In this document: positions 38,809 to 47,388 of the stretch, one piece after another | How positions within the stretch are numbered: position 1 is the first letter of the stretch | How the letters are laid out: every line of letters starts with the position of its first letter | NCBI GenBank assembly: GCA_025361485.1 | Contig: JANYLA010000162.1 | Span: forward strand, 3,969-67,968 | Length of the DNA stretch: 64,000 nt | Reading direction: 5' to 3' | From: Bacteroidales bacterium | GTDB lineage: Bacteria > Bacteroidota > Bacteroidia > Bacteroidales > Tenuifilaceae | Notes under the pieces: generated by a model | What the model was told of the DNA's origin: nothing | The model's database searches: none | What the model saw: only the letters and a program-made list of their open reading frames with translations | Made by a program: the position numbers and the translations under genes

Positions 38809-40989
38809 ATGAATCGAGTCATTAAATCAACATTTATTAGTTTACTGATATTTATACTTTCAGCCTCTTCAGTATCGGCTCAAAAATCAAAAATCAGTTT
38901 AGATGATCTTTTTAGAAATTATACCTTTTCTGAAAAAAGGATTAATGGTATAACATCGATGAATGATGGCGAAAGCTATACTGTTCTTGAAGAGGATGGT
39001 AAAATTGTGAAATACGACTATTCATCTGGAAAACAGCTTAGTATACTATTCGATCCATCAACTCTAAATAACGAAAGCCTTAAGCGTTTTGAAGAGTACA
39101 GGTTAAGTGATGATGAATCAAAGATGATGATTACTACTAATATTTCGAGAATATATCGTCACTCCTATAAAGCAACGTTTTACGTTTACGATATTAAATC
39201 AAAAACCCTTGAATGTGTGGTTGAAGGCGATCAGATTATGCTTGCAACCTTCTCGCCCGATGCCAAGTGCGTATCGTTCGTTAGGGATAACAATATATTT
39301 ATAAAAGATTTAACAACAAAAGAGGTAAAGCAAGTAACCACCGATGGGCTTTACAATTCGATAATTAACGGAGCCCCTGACTGGGTTTACGAGGAAGAAT
39401 TTTCACTTTTAACAGGTATGCAATGGTCGCCCGATAGCAAAAAATTAGCTTTTCTAAGATTTGATGAAAGTGAGGTTATGCAGTTCAACATGACTAAGTT
39501 TCAGAATAATCTTTACCCCGAAAACTACACTTTCAAATACCCCAAAGCAGGCGAAAAGAATTCAATTGTAACTGTTCATGTTTATGATGTTGAATCATCA
39601 AAAACCATGAAAATGAACGTTGGATCGCTAACCGATCAGTATATTCCACGCATTCAATGGCCAAATAATTCCAATCAATTAAGCATAATCCGGCTAAATC
39701 GTCTTCAGAATAAGATGGATATTCTTTTAGCTGATGTCAACTCGGGTGAATCAAAGCCACTTTATACTGAGGAAAACAAGTATTATTTACCTGAACCAAC
39801 AGATAATCTGATTAGTTTCACCGAGGATGGGAAGAGTTTTATAATAACAAGCGAAAAAAGCGGCTACAATCAGATTTACCTATACGGAATGGATGGCAAA
39901 CTTATTAAACAACTTACCGATGGTGTTAACGAGGTGATTGAGGTTTATGGGTATGACATTAAGAACAAAAAAGTATTCTTTAAAGCGTTCGATCAAACCC
40001 CTATGAGAAGCGCTATTTATTCTGTTAATGCTGAGAACCTTGAGCTGAATAAACTTTCGCCAAACACTGGGAACAATGACGCTGAATTTAGTAAAACCTT
40101 CAAATACTTCATTCTTTCATTCACAAATACTGCAACACCAAATCTCTTTACACTTAACAATGAAAAAGGTAAGCTGATTAGAATCTTAGAGGATAATAGC
40201 CAACTTAAAAGTAAAGTGTCGGGCTATGATATTCCTACAAAAGATTTTTTCTCATTTAGAACATCTGAGGGCTCAATGCTAAATGGATATATGATTAAAC
40301 CATTGAACTTTAACCCAGCAAAGAAATACCCTGTTTTGATGACTCAATATAGTGGACCGGGCTCAATATCTGTAAAAGATGCTTGGGAGATTGGTTGGGA
40401 TCAATACCTAGCGTCCATTGGGTATATGGTTGTCTGTGTTGATGGCAGAGGTACTGGTGGCAGAGGCGAAGCATTCCGGAAAATGACCTATGGTCAGCTG
40501 GGCTATTACGAATCAATTGATCAAATTGAAACCGCAAAGCATCTTCAATCTTTAAATTATATTGATCCTGCAAGAATTGGAATTTGGGGTTGGAGCTATG
40601 GAGGTTACATGTCATCACTCTGCCTTTTTAAGGGTGCCGATGTTTTCAGGATGGCAATTGCAGTTGCCCCTGTTACAAACTGGAGATATTACGATTCGGT
40701 TTACACCGAGCGATTCATGGGATTGCCTCAGGATAATCCTCTTGGTTACGACAATAACTCGCCTATCAATCATGTTGAAAAATTAAAAGGAAAATTGCTA
40801 ATAGTTCATGGAACAGGCGATGATAATGTACATTTGCAGAACTCAATCGAAATGATTGAAAAGCTAGTTCAGGCTAATAAGCAATTCGATATGATGTACT
40901 ACCCCGACAAAAATCATGGAATTTACGGTGGCAATACAACCTTTCATCTTTTCACTAAGTTGACAAACTATGTAAAGGAGAATTTGTAA
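38809..40989 (+). CDS. Dipeptidyl-peptidase IV (peptidase S9B)
   Basis: Signal peptide, beta-propeller N-terminal region, nucleophile GWSYGGY, and GTGDDNVH / NHGI catalytic Asp and His contexts. Confidence 0.9.
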   Translation: MNRVIKSTFISLLIFILSASSVSAQKSKISLDDLFRNYTFSEKRINGITSMNDGESYTVLEEDGKIVKYDYSSGKQLSILFDPSTLNNESLKRFEEYRLSDDESKMMITTNISRIYRHSYKATFYVYDIKSKTLECVVEGDQIMLATFSPDAKCVSFVRDNNIFIKDLTTKEVKQVTTDGLYNSIINGAPDWVYEEEFSLLTGMQWSPDSKKLAFLRFDESEVMQFNMTKFQNNLYPENYTFKYPKAGEKNSIVTVHVYDVESSKTMKMNVGSLTDQYIPRIQWPNNSNQLSIIRLNRLQNKMDILLADVNSGESKPLYTEENKYYLPEPTDNLISFTEDGKSFIITSEKSGYNQIYLYGMDGKLIKQLTDGVNEVIEVYGYDIKNKKVFFKAFDQTPMRSAIYSVNAENLELNKLSPNTGNNDAEFSKTFKYFILSFTNTATPNLFTLNNEKGKLIRILEDNSQLKSKVSGYDIPTKDFFSFRTSEGSMLNGYMIKPLNFNPAKKYPVLMTQYSGPGSISVKDAWEIGWDQYLASIGYMVVCVDGRGTGGRGEAFRKMTYGQLGYYESIDQIETAKHLQSLNYIDPARIGIWGWSYGGYMSSLCLFKGADVFRMAIAVAPVTNWRYYDSVYTERFMGLPQDNPLGYDNNSPINHVEKLKGKLLIVHGTGDDNVHLQNSIEMIEKLVQANKQFDMMYYPDKNHGIYGGNTTFHLFTKLTNYVKENL

Positions 40990-40996
40990 AAAAGAG

Positions 40997-41083
40997 CAGA
41001 AGTCAGACATTAGACGCTAGACAATGAACGTTAGAAACTGGATTTTGGCTGTCTGAAATCTGAAGTCTAGAATCTGAAATTCT
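40997..41083. repeat. Inverted pair of heptamer-periodic tracts: (YAGAMNN)x6, 10-nt spacer, (NNNTCTR)x4-5
   Basis: cagaagt cagacat tagacgc tagacaa tgaacgt tagaaac, then ctgtctg aaatctg aagtcta gaatctg. It starts 8 nt after the DPP-IV stop. About 21 of 24 nt match the reverse complement of 51593-51627. Confidence 0.85.
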
Positions 41084-41095
41084 TTTAGCATAGTG

Positions 41096-41125
41096 TTTGA
41101 TAAAATCAGATTTTTATTACTTTTG
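41096..41125 (+). promoter_or_regulatory. Bacteroidota-type promoter of the tRNA-Leu pair (-33 TTTG, -7 TAnnTTTG)
   Basis: TTTG at 41096-99, an 18-nt spacer, then tacttttg at 41118-25. The first tRNA begins at 41143. Confidence 0.5.
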
Positions 41126-41142
41126 CAATCGCAATTCCAAGC

Positions 41143-41226
41143 GCCCAAATGGCGGAATTGGTAGACGCGCTAGTTTCAGGGACTAGTATCAGCAATGATG
41201 TGCAGGTTCGAGTCCTGTTTTGGGCA
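41143..41226 (+). tRNA. tRNA-Leu (anticodon CAG)
   Basis: Manual fold: acceptor GCCCAAA/TTTGGGC, anticodon stem CTAGT/ACTAG with loop TTCAGGG, long variable arm, T-arm GCAGG-TTCGAGT-CCTGT. No encoded CCA. Confidence 0.9.
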
Positions 41227-41260
41227 CTAGTTCTGAAGTTCTAACTGTTTTGAAATAATT

Positions 41261-41347
41261 GCCCAGGTGGTGAAATTGGTAGACACGCCAGCTTGAGGGG
41301 CTGGTGATCGCAAGGTTGTGCAAGTTCGAGTCTTGTCCTGGGCACCA
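41261..41347 (+). tRNA. tRNA-Leu (anticodon GAG)
   Basis: Manual fold: acceptor GCCCAGG/CCTGGGC, anticodon stem CCAGC/GCTGG with loop TTGAGGG, long variable arm, T-loop TTCGAGT. CCA is encoded. Confidence 0.9.
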
Positions 41348-41356
41348 ATAAATTAC

Positions 41357-41398
41357 AAAACCCTATACAATCAAAATTGTATAGGGTTTTTGATTTTT
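41357..41398 (+). terminator. Rho-independent terminator after the tRNA pair
   Basis: 13-bp stem aaaaccctataca / tgtatagggtttt followed by tgattttt. Confidence 0.8.
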
Positions 41399-41428
41399 AA
41401 ATTATTAACCGAGTAATCCAGAAAGCAA

Positions 41429-41740
41429 CTATTTAAAATTATTTATTGGATTGTAACGCTTTATCAATCTCTGTTCGAGTTTCATTGCAAAAAGTTCAGA
41501 TTTAGTGTAAAGAACCTTAACTTTTGTTGCACCCTCTGATTTCCCACTTTTTATTGCATCAGATATCTCCTTGACTAAATCGCCATCGCCTGCCCAGCCA
41601 ACATATTTAACTTGGTAAAAAAAATTCGAAAAAACAAAAACCCCTCTTTTGGTCTCTAATCCTTTATACTTATAAAGATCAAGCCAATCTGTTGAATCTA
41701 TCACATTAGGATAACATGTATCGGTATTATAAGATATCAT
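41429..41740 (-). CDS. Small GIY-YIG-like protein (hypothetical)
   Basis: 103 aa. RGVFVFSNFFYQVKYVGWAGD...AMKLEQRLIKRYNPINN loosely follows the GIY..YVG...E..LI...P.N pattern. The match is weak and was made by eye only. Confidence 0.35.
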   Translation of the reverse strand: MISYNTDTCYPNVIDSTDWLDLYKYKGLETKRGVFVFSNFFYQVKYVGWAGDGDLVKEISDAIKSGKSEGATKVKVLYTKSELFAMKLEQRLIKRYNPINNFK

Positions 41741-41800
41741 TCCAATTATATATTAGAAATAATTATCGTAAAATGATTAAGCAAACTAAAATATAGATTA

Positions 41801-42007
41801 CTACCTCTCAACAATACTTTTAACTTGACATACCCTGCGAATAGGTGAATTTAAAGAAGTTTCGTATTTCTTTTTATCAACTTTTTCAGGATAACTAGTA
41901 AAATAGTCTTTAGAATCTAAAGCATGATTTTTAAATATGTGCTTTAGCAGTTTTTCCTGCTCAACTTTGGAAAACTGATTAAACCAAGTTTCAAATACGT
42001 CTATCAT
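41801..42007 (-). CDS. Hypothetical small protein
   Basis: 68-aa ORF, co-directional and closely spaced with its neighbours. No recognisable motif. Confidence 0.35.
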   Translation of the reverse strand: MIDVFETWFNQFSKVEQEKLLKHIFKNHALDSKDYFTSYPEKVDKKKYETSLNSPIRRVCQVKSIVER

Positions 42008-42034
42008 ATTAGTAATTTTTAAATTAATTCTATT

Positions 42035-42253
42035 TCAATTGCTCCATTTTTGTTCTAGTTCTTTAACTCGTTTTTCTAATTCGTATTCTTTTCCCATCCA
42101 TTGATAGGCTATATCAGAATAGGTATCTTCATCCCAAATCCCTCTCTCAGGATATTTTTTTTGCATACAGGCTTGCAATCTATCAATCAATTCATAATAC
42201 CTACTATTAACAGTGGTCGAATTTAATTGGTGGCTTTCTGTATTATAGTTCAT
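42035..42253 (-). CDS. Hypothetical small protein
   Basis: 72-aa ORF, first of three co-directional small ORFs. No recognisable motif. Confidence 0.35.
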   Translation of the reverse strand: MNYNTESHQLNSTTVNSRYYELIDRLQACMQKKYPERGIWDEDTYSDIAYQWMGKEYELEKRVKELEQKWSN

Positions 42254-42536
42254 TTTAATCTGGATTTAAGTTGTTATTACACTAAATCATACTTAATATT
42301 TCAATCATCTAACTAACTTTCAACACCATAACAATATGCTCCTTCTCTAATCTTAAGTTATATAAGAATAGGGTCGAATTTGTTACCCGGAAAAATCAAA
42401 TCCGTTCAGTTTTCAATCCAGTATTTTTTATTCTATTCTGTAAAAAAATGCAACCCTTTTGTAACCATTATAGAAAAACGCTGTTTAACCCTATAATAAA
42501 CTAATAATCATCATTGATACTTACCATTAATTTCAA

Positions 42537-42544
42537 TATATTTG
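42537..42544 (+). promoter_or_regulatory. Candidate -7 promoter element (TAnnTTTG) of the sigma factor gene
   Basis: tatatttg lies 26 nt upstream of the ATG at 42570. Confidence 0.35.
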
Positions 42545-42569
42545 TTTATACAGTATTATTTTTGATTTT

Positions 42570-43166
42570 ATGATAGAATTCTCTGACAAAGAGATAATTG
42601 AATGTTTAAGAAGCCGCCAGAGTTATGTGGTACGGTATCTCTCTGACAGGTATTTACCAATGATACGGCTTATGGTTACTCAAATGGGCGGGACATCAGA
42701 AGATGCAAAAGATATCTTTCAGGATGGACTTATTATTATGCTTGAAAAAATTGACTCTAATCAGTTTAAATTAAGCTGTAAATTCAAAACTTTTCTATAT
42801 AGTGTATGCGAGAACCTCTGGAAATCAATTCTTGAGAAACGAAAAGCAGCAAACAATTATTTTAATCGGAGGCTAGATCAAAGTTCAGAAAATGATTTCT
42901 CGGAGGAATATGATAATCAGCTATACGAAAGCATGCTAAATGAAGTATTCGAAACGCTTGATCCTACCTGCAAGGAAATTCTAAAACTTTACTGGCAAGA
43001 ATATTCACCAATGGAAATAGCCGAAAAACTAGGATATACTTATGGTTATGTTAGAAAGAAGAAGTGCGAATGTCAGGCAGAACTTCTAAAAAGGATTTCG
43101 AATCATCCTAGTTTCAAGCAGATAAAAAGAACGGAGAAGGCAATAATGCAAATAGTTTGCGAATAA
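42570..43166 (+). CDS. RNA polymerase sigma-70 family factor, ECF-like (regions 2 and 4 only)
   Basis: 198 aa. Region 2-like DAKDIFQDGLIIMLEKI...FKTFLYSVCENLW and region 4 HTH EYSPMEIAEKLGYTYGYVRKKKCECQAELLK. Confidence 0.75.
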   Translation: MIEFSDKEIIECLRSRQSYVVRYLSDRYLPMIRLMVTQMGGTSEDAKDIFQDGLIIMLEKIDSNQFKLSCKFKTFLYSVCENLWKSILEKRKAANNYFNRRLDQSSENDFSEEYDNQLYESMLNEVFETLDPTCKEILKLYWQEYSPMEIAEKLGYTYGYVRKKKCECQAELLKRISNHPSFKQIKRTEKAIMQIVCE

Positions 43167-43209
43167 AATTGAAGCAAAGCGTAATTGAAAAAGAAAAGAT
43201 AAAGCACTA

Positions 43210-44223
43210 ATGAGAAATTATATCGGATATATAATTGATTATTCTGACGGAGCCCTTACTGAACGAAAACGTAAGTGGTTCGAATTAGAATTAGTGCAAA
43301 ATGAAGTTCTACGCAATGAGTTTAATCTCTTCGAACAAATCAATTCAACAATGAGAGGTAAATCTGATTTAAACGAGATACGAAGAGAGCCCGAACTTAA
43401 AGAGGTTGATATTCTCACAAAACAAATGGTATCTGATTTTCAAAGAAACCCAGAAAAATTTGAACCCGCTAAAACATTTGTCGAAAGCTCATTGATTCAA
43501 AACCAAATTGATTTAGAACTTCAAAAAGATCTTAATCTTACATCTGATGAGATTAAAAAACACAACTTAAATGATATTACTAAGGGTTGGGTTGATGAAT
43601 GGAATTCAGCTGATCAGAAGGAAAGTACTGAAACCGTTAATAGAAGATCGTTTATTAACTCATCATTAAGCGATAATATTCAACATGATACCACTCCTAC
43701 GATTAGAAATAAAAAAAACTTAGCGATTCGCATTATAGGATTTTCTGCGGCTGCATTAATTGCAGCTCTATTTGTTATCAAAACCTTAGCCCCATCTAAT
43801 AATCCTGAAGATATTTATAGCGATTTTTACAAACCATTGAATGCTTATACATCAATAACCCGAAACAGCGCAAATACTGTTGATCCATTCTCTAATGCGG
43901 TTGAAAAGTATAAGCAAGGTCAATTTCAGGTTGCAGGAGCTATGTTTTCTGATCTAATTTATGAAGATCCTAGCAATATTTCTTATCGGTTTTTTAGTGG
44001 TTTATCTCAGATGGAACTCGATAACTATGAGCAATCTATTCAATTATTCAGCGAGGTTATTTCTAAAAACGGAGAATTCCAAAAAGAAGCCAAGTGGTAT
44101 CTTAGCCTCTCATATATTAAAACCAACAATCTTCAAAAAGCATCCGTACTCTTAAATGAACTATCTCAAGAAAAAGGTTATTACCAATCCTTGGCTCAGG
44201 ATCTTCTTGAGCGAATGAAATAG
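43210..44223 (+). CDS. Anti-sigma-like single-pass membrane protein with extracytoplasmic TPR domain
   Basis: N-terminus YSDGALTERKRKWFELELVQNEVLRNEF resembles anti-sigma N-domains (no zinc Cys). One TM helix LAIRIIGFSAAALIAALFVI. C-terminal TPR-like repeats (YKQGQFQVAGAMF..., YEQSIQLFSEV..., AKWYLSLSYIK...). Confidence 0.6.
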   Translation: MRNYIGYIIDYSDGALTERKRKWFELELVQNEVLRNEFNLFEQINSTMRGKSDLNEIRREPELKEVDILTKQMVSDFQRNPEKFEPAKTFVESSLIQNQIDLELQKDLNLTSDEIKKHNLNDITKGWVDEWNSADQKESTETVNRRSFINSSLSDNIQHDTTPTIRNKKNLAIRIIGFSAAALIAALFVIKTLAPSNNPEDIYSDFYKPLNAYTSITRNSANTVDPFSNAVEKYKQGQFQVAGAMFSDLIYEDPSNISYRFFSGLSQMELDNYEQSIQLFSEVISKNGEFQKEAKWYLSLSYIKTNNLQKASVLLNELSQEKGYYQSLAQDLLERMK

Positions 44224-46940
44224 AAAGTTATCACGCCAACAAATAATAAAACGCCTAAATAGATTATGTTATTTCGATTACTTTTTATCGGTGAGCTATC
44301 GCCTATTAATTCATATGCTGCCCAGTAGGTAGGTTTTGTATAGGTTGGAGGTGTGGTTCTAAGATAATCTAACTTTGCTAAACGTAACGCTTCGTCCTTT
44401 GCCTTTCCCTTTGACAAGTAATAATAAAAATTGGTAATAATTGTTGCGCTTGCATCATCGTTTACATCCCAGAATGTACTAACCACAGAGGAAACGCCTG
44501 CTAAAATAAAACCTCTGGTTAAACTCATTACACCTTCGCCATGATAAAGGTTACCTGCACCTGTACTACATGCGCTTAACACAACCATAGGCGACTCAAT
44601 GACGCTGGAACCTATTTCATAGTTAAATAATCTTCCATCATCAACCGTATCCAGCAGGTTATCGAAAATAAAATAAGAATATTTGGAGTTACTCGAATCA
44701 GCTTTAGAATGCATTGCAAGATGGTATATTGCAGGTTGCTTCGTTAGCTGTTTAAATTTGTTTTCCGTTGCATCTGCACCCTTATAAATATTACCCTTAA
44801 ACCATTTAAAAATTGAACTTATTTCTCGTCCAGCTCCACGAAGAGTATTGTAGCCTTCTGCTGCACCTTCAGCACCTTTAGTATAGCCAGGGGAAAAAGC
44901 CAATACTTTATTACTAAAATTACCATAATTTCTATTGGATAACAGCGATGAAGTATAACCATACGATATTGTATAGTCATAAATCAAATATTTTAATCCG
45001 TCAAAACCTTCTTGATTTATGTTGGCTCGTTCCTTTACAAATGCTTCAAAAGGCAAATAAGCCAACTCCTCATCGGGAACAATTACAATCCTCTGTCCAC
45101 GGATTTCCTTCTCTATAGGTTTTATAAGTTTCTCATACATGTAGTAAAGCGCATCGACATATCTTTGGTTAGTTGCTGTTGAGTTATTTATAGTGCCCAA
45201 CTTAATTATCCCAATTTGACTAGAATATGCTGAATCAAGGTAAGTTGAGCAATAGTTTAATTGATTCTTTGTAATAGTAAATATGTAAATCTCTCTTTTC
45301 CCTTGCGAGTATTGATTCGACATAAAGTATTCGATGAGAGTTGCATCCTTTTTAAGATTGCTTTGAATTTCCTTTAAACTTGCGGGTTCAGTTTTCTGAA
45401 GAATTGCATCAAATTGCGGATATAGATTTTTAAACCTTTCCTTTACCTCTTCTTCTTTACGATTTAAGTCAAAAAGGGTAGCTTTCCAAAAATCAATTCT
45501 CACAGAATCTGGGGCTTTCTTTTGTATCTCATCCTGAATCAGCTTTGAATATGAAGCAATATTAATAGCTAATTTATTACGCTGGTCTTTTACCGAATCA
45601 TTGATTCTATTCCCTTTCATCAGCTCATTCTCCTTAATCTCGTTCCTAAGAACAGCTGATTTGCTTTTGCAGCATATTTCGTACATTTTATGAGAGAATT
45701 CTTGCTTGTTCGTTAGCTCGAAAAGTTCTTGCGCAATCTTAACCGCAAAGAAATATGTTTCCTTCTCATTTTCTACAAGATAAATTCTACTTTCGGTAGA
45801 TAAATAGCCACTCCTAATTCTTTCTATTAATTGAATTGCCAATTCACCTGTTTCGAGACCTTTAACCAAAATTCGTTGCCTTCTATTCGAATCGGACTGT
45901 TGATTAGAAAATAATTCCAGTGCTTTAGCCTTTTGTTTCAGGTTATCAAGCAAACGAATATCAAAAATCACGGAGTTAAGCGATGGATTAGTGAAAATAT
46001 CAGTATCGTTAAAATCCGAAACAACTGCAATTAATGAATTCTGATAATACCTTAGCGCGGTTTCATAGTCGGTCTGCAAAAAGAAATGATCTCCTAAATG
46101 CTTATAGGCTAAAGAAACTAGAGTGTGTTTTTTTCCATAATTTTTCAAGCAAATCGATAACGCCTTTTGATGTACATCAAGGGCTTCTGCATTTTTTCCA
46201 ATTGACCGCAAGAAAAGACCATAATCAAATAGTAACCCACTGGTTCGATAGTAATCCTTGCCAAACTCACTATTAAAACTTTCAATACTTTTCAAAAAGT
46301 ATTGATTTGCTTTATTATTGACACTTAACTTAGAATATGTTTTTGCTAGGTTAAGATAAGTATGTGCAATCTCAGGAAAAGAGTTTTTCTGTTTAATGTT
46401 TTCACTTTTCTCAAGATATTGTAAGGCTAAATTATATTCCTCCTTTTCAAAGTAGGTCAAACCTAGGTTAAGGTAAGCACCTGATAATCTGAAAAGAATG
46501 GAATTGTTAGAATTTTTATTATTGAGGTAGATTTTAATACCCTGATCTAAGTACTCTATAGCGTTATCTGATTCTTTAAGAATACCGTAGATTCTTGCTT
46601 TATTTATATATATATCAGCCAATTCTGGCGAGACTTGGTTGCCTGTTCCAATAACTGATTCAGCCAAATTCAGATATTTCAGTGCCTCATCATATCTTCC
46701 AAGTCGATTATTAATCACACCAAAATTATTGTATAATGCAACAAGGTAATCCTTGGATAATAATTCCTTCTGCTCAATAATACTTGTTAAGCATTTCTCT
46801 GCATTTATAAAGTCACCTTTTGAGTAATAAATTGCAAAGTTATTAAACTGATCAGAAGGATTAACTTTTTGAGCTTTTATAAAACACGCCAACGAAAGTA
46901 AAACTGATAATAATACTAAAAACCTATAAATTGGAATCAT
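44196..46940 (-). CDS. Secreted, C-terminally membrane-anchored TPR + CHAT (caspase-like protease) domain protein
   Basis: Signal peptide, multiple TPRs, and a CHAT dyad context YHLAMHS (His) and VVLSACSTGAG (Cys). C-terminal TM IIYLGVLLFVGVITFYFI. Its 3' end overlaps the convergent anti-sigma-like gene by 28 nt. Confidence 0.8.
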   Translation of the reverse strand: MIPIYRFLVLLSVLLSLACFIKAQKVNPSDQFNNFAIYYSKGDFINAEKCLTSIIEQKELLSKDYLVALYNNFGVINNRLGRYDEALKYLNLAESVIGTGNQVSPELADIYINKARIYGILKESDNAIEYLDQGIKIYLNNKNSNNSILFRLSGAYLNLGLTYFEKEEYNLALQYLEKSENIKQKNSFPEIAHTYLNLAKTYSKLSVNNKANQYFLKSIESFNSEFGKDYYRTSGLLFDYGLFLRSIGKNAEALDVHQKALSICLKNYGKKHTLVSLAYKHLGDHFFLQTDYETALRYYQNSLIAVVSDFNDTDIFTNPSLNSVIFDIRLLDNLKQKAKALELFSNQQSDSNRRQRILVKGLETGELAIQLIERIRSGYLSTESRIYLVENEKETYFFAVKIAQELFELTNKQEFSHKMYEICCKSKSAVLRNEIKENELMKGNRINDSVKDQRNKLAINIASYSKLIQDEIQKKAPDSVRIDFWKATLFDLNRKEEEVKERFKNLYPQFDAILQKTEPASLKEIQSNLKKDATLIEYFMSNQYSQGKREIYIFTITKNQLNYCSTYLDSAYSSQIGIIKLGTINNSTATNQRYVDALYYMYEKLIKPIEKEIRGQRIVIVPDEELAYLPFEAFVKERANINQEGFDGLKYLIYDYTISYGYTSSLLSNRNYGNFSNKVLAFSPGYTKGAEGAAEGYNTLRGAGREISSIFKWFKGNIYKGADATENKFKQLTKQPAIYHLAMHSKADSSNSKYSYFIFDNLLDTVDDGRLFNYEIGSSVIESPMVVLSACSTGAGNLYHGEGVMSLTRGFILAGVSSVVSTFWDVNDDASATIITNFYYYLSKGKAKDEALRLAKLDYLRTTPPTYTKPTYWAAYELIGDSSPIKSNRNNIIYLGVLLFVGVITFYFIRSRRS

Positions 46941-46972
46941 CTAAATGAAAAGTTTAAGTGATGCAATTTAAA

Positions 46973-47004
46973 TAAAAAAGGACATCCCAATACGAATGTC
47001 CTTT
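46973..47004 (-). terminator. Rho-independent terminator between the GG-peptide gene and the CHAT gene
   Basis: aaaggacat / atgtccttt 9-bp stem with a 10-nt loop. On the minus strand it is followed by a U-tract (complement of the A-run at 46974-79). Confidence 0.75.
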
Positions 47005-47022
47005 GAATTAGAGTTGTATTAC

Positions 47023-47190
47023 TTATTTTGGCTTGGGAATAATTATTATATCTACACCTCCATTATCTTCACCATCCCCTCCTTTAACATTTTTCATATC
47101 ATTCAAACTTAGCACATTATACATGCTTTGATTGAGAGTTAATAAATTGTTCAATTTATTAGGTTTTGCAGTTTTCATCGTGTTTTTCAT
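47023..47190 (-). CDS. Unannotated 55-aa precursor peptide with a double-glycine (GG) leader
   Basis: Hand translation of the minus strand gives MKNTMKTAKPNKLNNLLTLNQSMYNVLSLNDMKNVKGG|DGEDNGGVDIIIIPKPK. LSLNDMKNVKGG fits the LSxxELxxIxGG double-glycine leader consensus. It has its own terminator. It is missing from the ORF track because it is under 60 aa. Confidence 0.6.
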   Translation of the reverse strand: MKNTMKTAKPNKLNNLLTLNQSMYNVLSLNDMKNVKGGDGEDNGGVDIIIIPKPK

Positions 47191-47388
47191 GGCTGTAACA
47201 GTTTAGTTAATTTATGCCGTTACATTAGAATGAACAAATAAATGTTACTTTTTTGATTTATAAAATTTTTAATTCATTGATATACAGATTATTTCTATAA
47301 TATTTACGAGATTAAGAAATGCAATAGTAACAATTCCAATGAGTTTCTAATAAAACTGCAAAATAAATAACCATTATTATTAAATATT

